Origin: Patescibacteria group bacterium
GTDB taxonomy: Bacteria > Patescibacteriota > Gracilibacteria > JAHISY01
DNA length: 46,432 nt
NCBI GenBank assembly: GCA_043797545.1
Contig: JAZDPN010000051.1
Coordinates: forward strand, 1-46,432
Direction of reading: 5' to 3'
Shown: piece after piece, positions 20,476 through 28,261 of the stretch
Position numbering within the stretch: the stretch's first letter is position 1
How the letters are laid out: every line of letters starts with the position of its first letter
Translations under genes and position numbers: made by a program
Notes under the pieces: generated by a model
The model's database searches: none
What the model was told of the DNA's origin: nothing
The model's input: the letters and a program-made list of their open reading frames with translations, nothing else

Positions 20476-21009
20476 ATGGCTATCTCAAAATCCCAGAAAG
20501 CCGCGATTCTCGCCGCTCTGGAGGCCGAGTTCAAAAGCGCTGCTTCAGTCGCTTTTACGGCTTATACCGGTATCACGGTTGCTGCGATTCGCGATTTGCG
20601 CAAAAGACTGCGAGCTGGTGAGGCCAAGATGATTATCGCGAAAAAAACTCTAATCAAGCTGGCCGCGAAAAACGCAGGCCTGAAAGAAATCCCGGCCGAG
20701 TCATTGGAAGGCCCGATCGCCGCGGTTTTTTCGCATGGCGACGAGTTGGCCGGTCTCCAGATTCTCGAGAAAGCCAAAAGTGATTTCAAGCAAATCGAAA
20801 TCCTGGGCGGAGTTTTCGATGGTGAAGTCCTCGACAAAGCCAAAGCACAGCAGCTCGCCAAGCTGCCTTCCAGGGATGCTTTACTGGGTCAAATCGTTGG
20901 TCTGCTGGCTTCGCCGCTACGTGGTTTCGTCGGAGTCGGCAATCAAGTTTTGTCCGGGTTTGTCAGAGCGCTGGATGCGATTCGCGAGAAACAAAACGCC
21001 CAAGCTTAA
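20476..21009 (+). CDS. rplJ: 50S ribosomal protein L10
   Basis: Y.GITV..IRDLR, KKTL, LAKLPSRD.L. Confidence 0.96.
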   Translation: MAISKSQKAAILAALEAEFKSAASVAFTAYTGITVAAIRDLRKRLRAGEAKMIIAKKTLIKLAAKNAGLKEIPAESLEGPIAAVFSHGDELAGLQILEKAKSDFKQIEILGGVFDGEVLDKAKAQQLAKLPSRDALLGQIVGLLASPLRGFVGVGNQVLSGFVRALDAIREKQNAQA

Positions 21010-21039
21010 TTCTCTAATAATTTTTTAACCCAATTCAAA

Positions 21040-21438
21040 ATGTCTGAAGAGACCAAAATCGAGCTTTCCAAAGAGGCTCAAAAAATTCTCGACGCGGTGA
21101 GCGAGCTCAAAGTCCTCGATTTGGCCAACTTGGTCAAAGCGATGGAGGAGAAGTTCGGCGTCTCAGCGGCGGCTCCGGTCGCAGCTGCAGCGGCTCCGGC
21201 GGCTGGTGCTCCGGCTGCGGAGGAGAAATCTTCCTTCTCGGTCGAGCTGACTGATGCCGGTGCGAATAAAATCGGCGCGATCAAGGCCGTCAAAGAAATC
21301 ACAGGCCAGGGTCTCGGTGAAGCGAAAGCGACTGTCGAAGGTGCTCCGAAAGTCATTAAAGAGAATGTTCCGAAAGCGGAAGCTGAGGAAATGAAGAAGA
21401 AATTGGAAGAGGCTGGCTGCAAAGTAACCCTCAAATAA
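21040..21438 (+). CDS. rplL: 50S ribosomal protein L7/L12
   Basis: [10 protein letters not shown] hinge, KI..IK.V.EITG.GL.EAK. Confidence 0.98.
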   Translation: MSEETKIELSKEAQKILDAVSELKVLDLANLVKAMEEKFGVSAAAPVAAAAAPAAGAPAAEEKSSFSVELTDAGANKIGAIKAVKEITGQGLGEAKATVEGAPKVIKENVPKAEAEEMKKKLEEAGCKVTLK

Positions 21439-21455
21439 TTCCTAAAAATTCTCAG

Positions 21456-21487
21456 AAGCGGGCGGTCGCAAGATCGCCTGCTTTTTT
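21456..21487 (+). terminator. intrinsic terminator after rplL
   Basis: AAGCGGGCGGTC-GCAA-GATCGCCTGCTT followed by a T run. Confidence 0.85.
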
Positions 21488-21499
21488 GTTGCTATTTTT

Positions 21500-21667
21500 T
21501 TACCACTTGTGCCGATAAGTTGTTGATGGGTGGCTTCGAGAATAGCTCGGAGTCACGAATCTTCCAGTTTTCGAACTGCGATAATAACTTCGCGCGAACG
21601 AAGCCGGAGTCGCAAAAACAGTAAAAACCATTATCGCGACAACGGAAGCGAGTATCTTTTTGAGCAT
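21500..21667 (-). CDS. small secreted cationic peptide (55 aa)
   Basis: Hand translation MLKKILASVVAIMVFTVFATPASFA-RSYYRSSKTGRFVTPSYSRSHPSTTYRHKW; clear signal peptide with a small-residue cleavage site. Confidence 0.75.
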   Translation of the reverse strand: MLKKILASVVAIMVFTVFATPASFARSYYRSSKTGRFVTPSYSRSHPSTTYRHKW

Positions 21668-21793
21668 AAAATTTTTTGTTAGACGGACAGGTCAATTTTA
21701 ATTAAAAATGTTTAGAATTAACAATATCGCTTTAACTCAAGTTTAATTTTTCCAAAATAGACATCCCTAATCTTGGCAATTAGAATTCCGGCG

Positions 21794-22375
21794 ATGTCAT
21801 TTTTCATTCACAAAAAAACTCCGGTTTCGGACGCGCTGCTTGATCTGATCGCGCATTTGCCGACCGCGAGTTTGTCGAAATTAGTTGAGCCGAATTTCTG
21901 GAAAATGCTGGAAAATAAGGATTTTATGCGCATCGCGGTTTTGCTCGCGCAAAAAAGTTTTGCCGAAGGCGGCTGTCCGATCGGCGCGGTCATTATTGAC
22001 AACAAAACGCGCGCGATTGTCGGCAAAGGTCACAACACACTCGTTCAAGAAAATGATCCGTACAATCACGGCGAGACTTCCGCGATTCGCGACGCTGGCC
22101 GGATCGATTTCAGTCGGACGACGATTTTCACGAGTCTCAGTCCTTGCGATGTTTGCGCCGCGCTGATTTACATGCGCGGTTTCAAGAAAGTCGTCGTCGG
22201 CGATGTCACGAATGCGTCGGGCAACGAAAAATTATTACGCAAAAAGGGGGTCACGGTTGAAATTCTCGAAGATCAAAAAGGCATCGAGCTTTACGCGAAA
22301 TACCGTAAAAAAAGGCCAAAACTTGATTTGGAAGATTGGAAAGGTTTGGCGGCGGTGCGCAAAAAATCAAAGTGA
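21794..22375 (+). CDS. zinc-dependent nucleoside/cytosine deaminase
   Basis: PIGAV, GHN..VQ, HGE, LSPCDVC; resembles the fungal FCY1-type cytosine deaminase layout; ATG 21794 preferred. Confidence 0.85.
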   Translation: MSFFIHKKTPVSDALLDLIAHLPTASLSKLVEPNFWKMLENKDFMRIAVLLAQKSFAEGGCPIGAVIIDNKTRAIVGKGHNTLVQENDPYNHGETSAIRDAGRIDFSRTTIFTSLSPCDVCAALIYMRGFKKVVVGDVTNASGNEKLLRKKGVTVEILEDQKGIELYAKYRKKRPKLDLEDWKGLAAVRKKSK

Positions 22376-23281
22376 TTGCAAATATTCCGCGAGCGCATCT
22401 TCCCATTTTCGCATTTCCGGCAATTTCGAGTTGCGCAAAATCGAATTCCGCGGTCGCCGCGCGGGAGTCGGGAATTCACTTGTCGGAATATCGATGACTT
22501 TCGTCGGTAGATTTTTCAACTCAAAAATTTTTCGTGCGAAATTTGCCCAGCTCGTCGCGCCGGAATTCGTTGCGTGAAAAATTTCTTTGTATGGATTCCC
22601 GCTTTCGCGGGAATGACAAAGAGAGGATTCAGGATGACAATTCAAGATAATTTCGAGCGTCATTTTTGCGAGATCTTCGGTAAAAGTCGGGCAGCCGATT
22701 TGATCGGAAACTACTTTAATTTCAGCTTTCTCTTTCGCAAGCTCAAGCATTTTTTTTACGAAATTTTGCCCATCGCCGAAGAGCCAGCTCGTTCGCACGA
22801 TTGCGAAATCACAGCCCGATTCCAAAATTTTTTGTTCTCCGGCGAGCTTCGATGCGCCGTAAAAATTCACCGGATTCGGCGCGTCATTTTCGAGATAACC
22901 TGCAAAATTTTCTCCCGCCTTCGCTCTTTGAGCTTCGGCGGTCTGCGCCTGCGGCTTGCCATCAAAAACATAATCCGTCGAAAAGTGAATCAACTTCGCG
23001 CCAATTTTTTTCGCGATCCGCGCCAAATTTCCGACCGCGTCGGAATTGATTTTCAGCGCGAGTTCGCGCTCCGACTCCGCATGATCGACGGCGGTGTAAG
23101 CCGCGGCATTCACCAAAAAGTCGGGTCGTGATTTGTCGCAAACGTTTTCGACTTCCTCGGAATTAGTGATGTCGAGATCTTTTTTCCCGAAAGTCGAAAC
23201 TTCAAAATCGACGGAAAGCACTTGTTTCAAAGCTTTTCCGAGTTGGCCGTCCGCGCCGAATAAAATTATTTTGAACTTCAT
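22367..23281 (-). CDS. rfbD: dTDP-4-dehydrorhamnose reductase with two in-frame palindromic insertions
   Basis: GADGQLG, NAAAYTAVD.AE, STDYVFDG, YGASK, DQIG.PT, PARRP.NS.L. Start is ATG 23281; the ORF-track start lies inside the tRNA-like gene. Confidence 0.95.
   Translation of the reverse strand: MKFKIILFGADGQLGKALKQVLSVDFEVSTFGKKDLDITNSEEVENVCDKSRPDFLVNAAAYTAVDHAESERELALKINSDAVGNLARIAKKIGAKLIHFSTDYVFDGKPQAQTAEAQRAKAGENFAGYLENDAPNPVNFYGASKLAGEQKILESGCDFAIVRTSWLFGDGQNFVKKMLELAKEKAEIKVVSDQIGCPTFTEDLAKMTLEIILNCHPESSLCHSRESGNPYKEIFHATNSGATSWANFARKIFELKNLPTKVIDIPTSEFPTPARRPRNSILRNSKLPEMRKWEDALAEYLQSL
22593..22640. repeat. GTCATTCCCGCGAAAGCGGGAATCC-type palindrome plus a degenerate second unit, inside rfbD
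   Basis: GGATTCCCGCTTTCGCGGGAATGAC at 22593-22617 and GGATTCAGGATGACAA at 22625-22640; encode CHPESSLCHSRESGNP. Confidence 0.85.
22915..22949. repeat. CTTCG-stem-CTTCG palindrome inside rfbD
   Basis: CCGCCTTCG-CTC-TTT-GAG-CTTCGGCGG-TCTGCGCC; encodes AQTAEAQRAKAG. Confidence 0.8.
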
Positions 23282-23293
23282 TTCAGTAAAAAG

Positions 23294-23369
23294 TGGTGGA
23301 GTCGACGGGACTCGAACCCGCATCTTCTGCTTGCTAAAGGCGAAATTTTACCAATTAAACTACGACCCC
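23294..23369 (-). tRNA. atypical tRNA-Ala-like gene, anticodon undetermined (UAG by position, AGC in a shifted register)
   Basis: GGGGTCG/CGACTCC acceptor stem with G3:U70, A73 and encoded CCA; good D arm and T arm (GCGGG-TTCGAGT-CCCGT); anticodon stem TCGCC/AGCAG has two C-A mismatches and C37. Confidence 0.75.
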
Positions 23370-23419
23370 GAGTGATCGAGGCTGGCTCGCGCCAACTCCA
23401 CCGCTAAAAATTTTACACG

Positions 23420-23448
23420 AAAAAAGCCCCCAAACAGGGGACTCTTTT
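23420..23448 (-). terminator. intrinsic terminator of the candidate sRNA
   Basis: Minus strand GAGTCCCC-TGTTT-GGGGGCTT-TTTT. Confidence 0.75.
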
Positions 23449-23490
23449 CTAGCAAGCAGAGATGCCGTAGTTCAACGGTATCGCCTTCAC
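23420..23490 (-). ncRNA. candidate ~70-nt small RNA antisense to the neighbouring tRNA-like gene
   Basis: Own promoter and terminator; body GAAGGCGATACCGTTGAACTACGGCATCTCTGCTTGCTAG is complementary to tRNA nt ~4-34 and ~33-50. Confidence 0.65.
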
Positions 23491-23494
23491 CGGG

Positions 23495-23541
23495 ATTTTA
23501 ACAAAATATGTATTCAAAATCAACACAATTTGTATTCAAAA
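23495..23541 (-). promoter_or_regulatory. sigma70-type promoter with overlapping direct repeats
   Basis: TTGATT(23523-23518)-17bp-TAAAAT(23500-23495) with TGn extension; TGTATTCAAAA repeated at 23509 and 23531. Confidence 0.65.
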
Positions 23542-23544
23542 AAT

Positions 23545-24642
23545 TCATACATTGAATTTGAAAACGCAGACATCGCCGTCTTGGACTAGGTAAGTTTTAC
23601 CTTCACTCCGAATCCAACCGCGATCGCGCGCTGCCGACTCGCTGCCCGCTTCCAAAAGTTTTTCCGTCGCGATCACATCGGCTTTGATAAATCCGCGCTC
23701 GAAATCGGTGTGAATTTTTCCGGCGGCGTTCGGCGCGGTCGAACCTTTTTCGATCGTCCACGCGCGCGTCTCTTTTTCGCCGCTCGTGAAAAAAGTAATC
23801 AAATTCAAAAGAGCGTACGCCTCGCGAATCAACCGATTCAAACTCGATTCCGCGAGCCCGAGATCGGCGAGAAAAATCGCAGCTTCGTCGTCGGAAAGTT
23901 CGACCAATTCCGACTCGATTTTCGCGGAGATTGGCACGATTTTCGCATCCGCGGGGAGCTTAGTTTTTGCACGAAAACTCTCGATATCGAAATTCGCCAA
24001 ACTTTTTTCGTCGACGTTTACCCCATAAATCAAAGGTTTTGCGGTGAGCAACTGCAGCTCGCGGAGAATTTTCGCTTCGTCTTCATTTTCGATTTCGACC
24101 GAGCGCGCGGGTTTTTCCGCTTCCAAATTTTCCCGCAATTTCGCAATTAAACCCGCCGCGACTTTCGCATCTTTTTCACCCGCCCGGGCGCGTTTTTCGA
24201 AATCCGCGCCGCGTTTAGCGAGCGTCGCGAGATCGGCCAAAATCAATTCCGTCTCGATTACTTCGATGTCCTCGGCCGCGTCCGGCTCGCTCGAGACGTG
24301 CTGAATATCCGGATTCACGAAATCGCGGACGACCTCGACGATCGCGTCGACTTCGCGAATATGCGCGAGAAATTTATTTCCGAGTCCTTCGCCTTCGCTC
24401 GCGCCTTTCACTAGTCCGGCGATATCGACAAATTCGATTGCGGTCGGAATTTTCTTTTTCGACTGCGAAAAATCCGCCAATTTGTCCACCCGCTCGTCGG
24501 GGACTTCGACAATTCCGATATTCGGGTCGATCGTGCAAAAGGGATAATTTTCCGCGGCAGCGGCGTGCGACTTCGTCAGCGCGTTGAAAAGAGTCGATTT
24601 CCCGACGTTCGGCAGACCGACAATTCCGATTTTGAGAGCCAT
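23545..24642 (-). CDS. ychF: redox-regulated ATPase YchF
   Basis: GLPNVGKST, NYPFCTIDPN, DIAGLV, GKIHTDF, YLVQDGD. Confidence 0.98.
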   Translation of the reverse strand: MALKIGIVGLPNVGKSTLFNALTKSHAAAAENYPFCTIDPNIGIVEVPDERVDKLADFSQSKKKIPTAIEFVDIAGLVKGASEGEGLGNKFLAHIREVDAIVEVVRDFVNPDIQHVSSEPDAAEDIEVIETELILADLATLAKRGADFEKRARAGEKDAKVAAGLIAKLRENLEAEKPARSVEIENEDEAKILRELQLLTAKPLIYGVNVDEKSLANFDIESFRAKTKLPADAKIVPISAKIESELVELSDDEAAIFLADLGLAESSLNRLIREAYALLNLITFFTSGEKETRAWTIEKGSTAPNAAGKIHTDFERGFIKADVIATEKLLEAGSESAARDRGWIRSEGKTYLVQDGDVCVFKFNV

Positions 24643-24700
24643 CTAGTTGCTTTTTAACTAAAAACTTGGTAAAATTGCGAGCCAAATCTAACTTATTTTA

Positions 24701-25408
24701 GTGGAATTGTCTGCAAAACTCATTCGCTGCAAAAAAGGCTTCACACTGGTCGAGCTGATCGTTGTGATTACAGTTATTTCCGTGATCACAGTCGCTTCAC
24801 TGCCGGGTTTTATCGCGGCTTTGCGTCGCGCCCAGTTCGAAAAAACAGTTAACGGGGTAGTCGCCTTGCTCGAAAAAGCGCGTACGCAAGCGCTTGCGAG
24901 TGAGCTGGACTCAGCCCAAAAGATCACAACTGGCGGTTATGGTGTGTTTTTCGATTTCACGAGCGAATCTACTCCGACTGATCAAAAAGTCGTTCTTTTC
25001 GCCGACAATTGGAATAACGATCCTAATAATGACGGTAATTTTGCCGATGGTAAGCCAGTCAATTTGAATTATGGCGATGCCGATATCGCGAACCGTGTTT
25101 TGCCGGATGGTATTTACACACCTGGTAAGGATTCTGCTTTGACCACGATCGCAATCAACGATCCGGCCTATGTCCAGCTGACTGGTCTGCGCGGCCAGAA
25201 ACTTTTGAACGGACTGAGCTGGGATTCTTTGGCTGGTAATACGATTACGACTATTTTCAAGCCACCTTATGCTGATGCAACCATCCTCGGTAATGGTATT
25301 ACGCCGCTCCAGAATTTCGAGGCGGAGTTTAAACTAATGACCGAAAGCTCAACCCGGACAATCAAATTTAATCGCGTGACGACTGCGACTCAAGTCATCA
25401 AGAACTAA
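24701..25408 (+). CDS. type IV minor pilin (FimT/GspH-like)
   Basis: KKG|FTLVEL prepilin cleavage/methylation motif; L..AR..A. Confidence 0.85.
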   Translation: MELSAKLIRCKKGFTLVELIVVITVISVITVASLPGFIAALRRAQFEKTVNGVVALLEKARTQALASELDSAQKITTGGYGVFFDFTSESTPTDQKVVLFADNWNNDPNNDGNFADGKPVNLNYGDADIANRVLPDGIYTPGKDSALTTIAINDPAYVQLTGLRGQKLLNGLSWDSLAGNTITTIFKPPYADATILGNGITPLQNFEAEFKLMTESSTRTIKFNRVTTATQVIKN

Positions 25409-26073
25409 TGTTTTCCCAAATTAAATCGCGTCGTGGTGAAACCTTGATCGAAGTCTTGGTCGCGACGATCGTCCTGATCGTCGGCGCGCTAGCGGCGGCT
25501 CGTCTTTTTGCGATTGCGACGGTCAATGACCAGCTCACCAAAGAGCGAGTGATCGCGACCAATCTTGCCCGCGAAGGACTCGAGGCAGTGCGCAATATTC
25601 GCGACACGAACTGGTTGCGCTTCGCGGGAGAGCGGCGGACTTGCTGGAATAATCTAAATCCGGCCGAGTGCAACGATACCAATTTAGATGGCGTGCCGGA
25701 TGACGTGATTTTGCAACAGAAAAACTACATTGCTCTTTTTGATGCAGATAATTATCGTTGGGGGCTGGACTCTTCAGGTCTGAATCATCGTCTCGATTTG
25801 AGCGATGGAGTTGGTTCGGATGATGAAAAATACCGCCTCAAACTAGATGGTCTGGGACTCTACAATTACCCTAGTGCGGGTGGCAGCGACACGATTTTTT
25901 ACCGCGAAATCTATACCGAGTATCTCAATCCCAACCAAACTCTAGCTATCGACCCGAGCGCCAATATTTTGCGGGTCACTTCCAAAGTCGAGTGGTACGA
26001 TCGCGGCAAGATGAGCGAGGTCACTCTGTCGACTATTCTGACCGATTATCTCGGACGCAAAAACCATGATTAA
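25408..26073 (+). CDS. type IV minor pilin (PilV-like)
   Basis: RRG|ETLIEV; A.NLAREGLEAVRNIRDTNW; V.SKVEW. Confidence 0.85.
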   Translation: MFSQIKSRRGETLIEVLVATIVLIVGALAAARLFAIATVNDQLTKERVIATNLAREGLEAVRNIRDTNWLRFAGERRTCWNNLNPAECNDTNLDGVPDDVILQQKNYIALFDADNYRWGLDSSGLNHRLDLSDGVGSDDEKYRLKLDGLGLYNYPSAGGSDTIFYREIYTEYLNPNQTLAIDPSANILRVTSKVEWYDRGKMSEVTLSTILTDYLGRKNHD

Positions 26074-27043
26074 AATGTTTCCCAAAATTCCCCAGCTCGT
26101 TCGCAAATCCAAAGGCTTCACTTTGGTCGAGGCGCTGGTTGCGCTTTCCGTTTTTATGATCATCATCGCGATGTCGACTGGTCTTTTTACCAATTCGTTC
26201 GCGAGTCAGCGCAAAGCTGAGATTTCGAAAATGGTTTTCGAAGAGGCGCGCATTGCGCTGGAGCGCATTGCCAAAGAAGTTCAGCGCGGGACCATTGATT
26301 ATGAAGAATATTGGAATCGTTTCCAGTTTCAGGCCGGTTCCGTTTCCAGTCTGGCTTACGGTCAGCATTATGGCGACTACGCGCGTCAGTTTTACCGCAA
26401 CGCCTCTGATGACATCCCGGCGACCGTGACGCGCTATGATGAAAATGTCGGCGTAAACGCCGGACCCGATCCGCTTGGCGATGCCAGTTCGCTCACGGTT
26501 TGTTCACCGCCAGCTGTTCTGACATACCCTGGATCTTCCGGCTATGATCAGTGCGAGCTTTATCTCATTACGGCCGAGGGTGACGAAAAAACGATTTTCA
26601 AGCTATTACCTGAGACGGTTGATAGTGTGCGTGAATATCGCTTGGCGATGCTCAAGCTACCGGGTCGTGACTCTGACGTGGACGGCCAGATTGATTCCTG
26701 GGAAATCCGCAACGGGGTTGACCCGAGCCCTTCACGTTTTTTTGATTTTTGTTCGGAATACGATGACAACACCCATATTTGTAAGAATCCGATTTTCCAA
26801 AAGATTCAACCTGACTCAATCAAGATTACTTCCCTGAAGTTTTACATTTCTCCGCGGGAAGATCCGCGCAAGGCTTTTGCCGAATTTACTGATGACGTTC
26901 AGCAACAGCCGCATGTCACGATCGTCCTGACGGCCGAACCGAGCGTGAGTCGGGCGAGCGGGATCCGTGGCGAACAGCCTTCGATTACGATTCAGACTAC
27001 AGTCGGGGCACGGGCCCAAAATGAAGTTAAAAGTTTGCGCTAA
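26066..27043 (+). CDS. type IV minor pilin (PilW/GspJ-like)
   Basis: SKG|FTLVEA; LERIAKEV; QP.VTI...QTTV. Confidence 0.85.
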   Translation: MIKMFPKIPQLVRKSKGFTLVEALVALSVFMIIIAMSTGLFTNSFASQRKAEISKMVFEEARIALERIAKEVQRGTIDYEEYWNRFQFQAGSVSSLAYGQHYGDYARQFYRNASDDIPATVTRYDENVGVNAGPDPLGDASSLTVCSPPAVLTYPGSSGYDQCELYLITAEGDEKTIFKLLPETVDSVREYRLAMLKLPGRDSDVDGQIDSWEIRNGVDPSPSRFFDFCSEYDDNTHICKNPIFQKIQPDSIKITSLKFYISPREDPRKAFAEFTDDVQQQPHVTIVLTAEPSVSRASGIRGEQPSITIQTTVGARAQNEVKSLR

Positions 27044-28261
27044 ATGCCAAAATTTCTAAGCCGTTTCCGTTCCAATCTCCGCGATCAACGCGGCGTCTCG
27101 CTGATGGTCGTTTTTGGTATGACGCTCGTCCTTGTCTTGGTCGCGACCGGAGTGACCAAGCTGATCTTGGCTTTCATGGAAACGACTTACCAAGTCGAGC
27201 GGGCCAATGTTGCCTATGCCTCGGCTGAAAGCGGAGTCGAAATGGCACTTTACGATTTGGCGGCCTATCAGGATGGCTACCAGACCGACTCATCGCAGAT
27301 AGTCTGTGGGAGCGGGATTGATCTCAATCAGTCCAACAACTTCAATGTTGTCTGTGATGCCGATAATCCTTATCGTTTCGTTAATTTAACCGGTTCGGAA
27401 AATTCCGGTGGTCGTGGGTTTTGGCGGCTTTTCGCTAGGACGCTTCCGAGCAGTTCTGAGTATCTCGTTCCCAATCCTTACTTCACGGGCGACAAGGATG
27501 GCAATTTGTCAGCTTCGGAATGGGGCAACTTAACCAAGGGCCAGCCGATCAGTTTGAGCTTGCTGACGGATTCCAGTCCCAGCCAGACCGACCCTAGAGA
27601 CCGTTTTACCTACCTTTCCGATTCGCTCGATAAGAAAATCATTTTTGATCCGGGTCCGTCTTGGAATCCGAATTACAACAGCAATGACGCAGATGAGTTA
27701 TTTACCTGGACGCTCTCAGCTCTGGACGGAGAAGGCGGAGAACACACTCTGCAGGGGGTTGCTTGGGAATCGGATTTTACCCAGGACTGTGGCGATGGCC
27801 GTCGGACCTGCCTCATTTTTGATCTAAATGATTCCACCTCTCACAATCCGGCTGCGCCAGATGGAGATGTTTACGCTGGCGAGGACATTAACCAAAACTT
27901 ACCTAGCGGCCGCGAATCAATCGGAACAAGCTTCAACCGAGTTTCTGCTGTCGAAGAGACTTTTCGCTATGCCACACCTCAAGAATTCATCGAGGATCTC
28001 GATACCGCGATGCATAGTATCAACGCGGACGAGCAATGGGTGAGCGTGCGTTTGACGATTAACCTCATTACTACTTTGTCCGAGACCTCCGGTGTTCCTT
28101 CGAATGCTCTGAAATTTAAACTGGTCAGTGACGAACCTTGGTCAGATGAATATACCCGTATTGTTTCAGAGGGTTTCGCAGGAGATGTGAAGCAAACGAT
28201 CGAAATGCGCTTCCGCCGCGAATCGGCGATTCCAATCTTCTCGTACGTGATTTTCCAGTAA
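27044..28261 (+). CDS. PilX/GspK-like minor pilin
   Basis: QRG|VSL hydrophobic helix without E5; AYASAESGVE.AL. Confidence 0.8.
   Translation: MPKFLSRFRSNLRDQRGVSLMVVFGMTLVLVLVATGVTKLILAFMETTYQVERANVAYASAESGVEMALYDLAAYQDGYQTDSSQIVCGSGIDLNQSNNFNVVCDADNPYRFVNLTGSENSGGRGFWRLFARTLPSSSEYLVPNPYFTGDKDGNLSASEWGNLTKGQPISLSLLTDSSPSQTDPRDRFTYLSDSLDKKIIFDPGPSWNPNYNSNDADELFTWTLSALDGEGGEHTLQGVAWESDFTQDCGDGRRTCLIFDLNDSTSHNPAAPDGDVYAGEDINQNLPSGRESIGTSFNRVSAVEETFRYATPQEFIEDLDTAMHSINADEQWVSVRLTINLITTLSETSGVPSNALKFKLVSDEPWSDEYTRIVSEGFAGDVKQTIEMRFRRESAIPIFSYVIFQ

Noticed and set aside
21492-21695. 67-aa ORF from the ORF track
   Set aside because: The overlapping frame 21500-21667 has an ATG start and a clear signal peptide, and is the more credible gene
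21794-22375. Deaminase as the editor of the nearby atypical tRNA (TadA-like)
   Set aside because: Its motifs fit a free-base cytosine deaminase better; proximity is the only link
23294-23490. tmRNA (one-piece or permuted) suggested by the G3:U70 acceptor stem
   Set aside because: The 5' and 3' acceptor strands are within 76 nt with a full D arm, and no tag reading frame or pseudoknot region is visible. It also does not fit the known permuted gene order.
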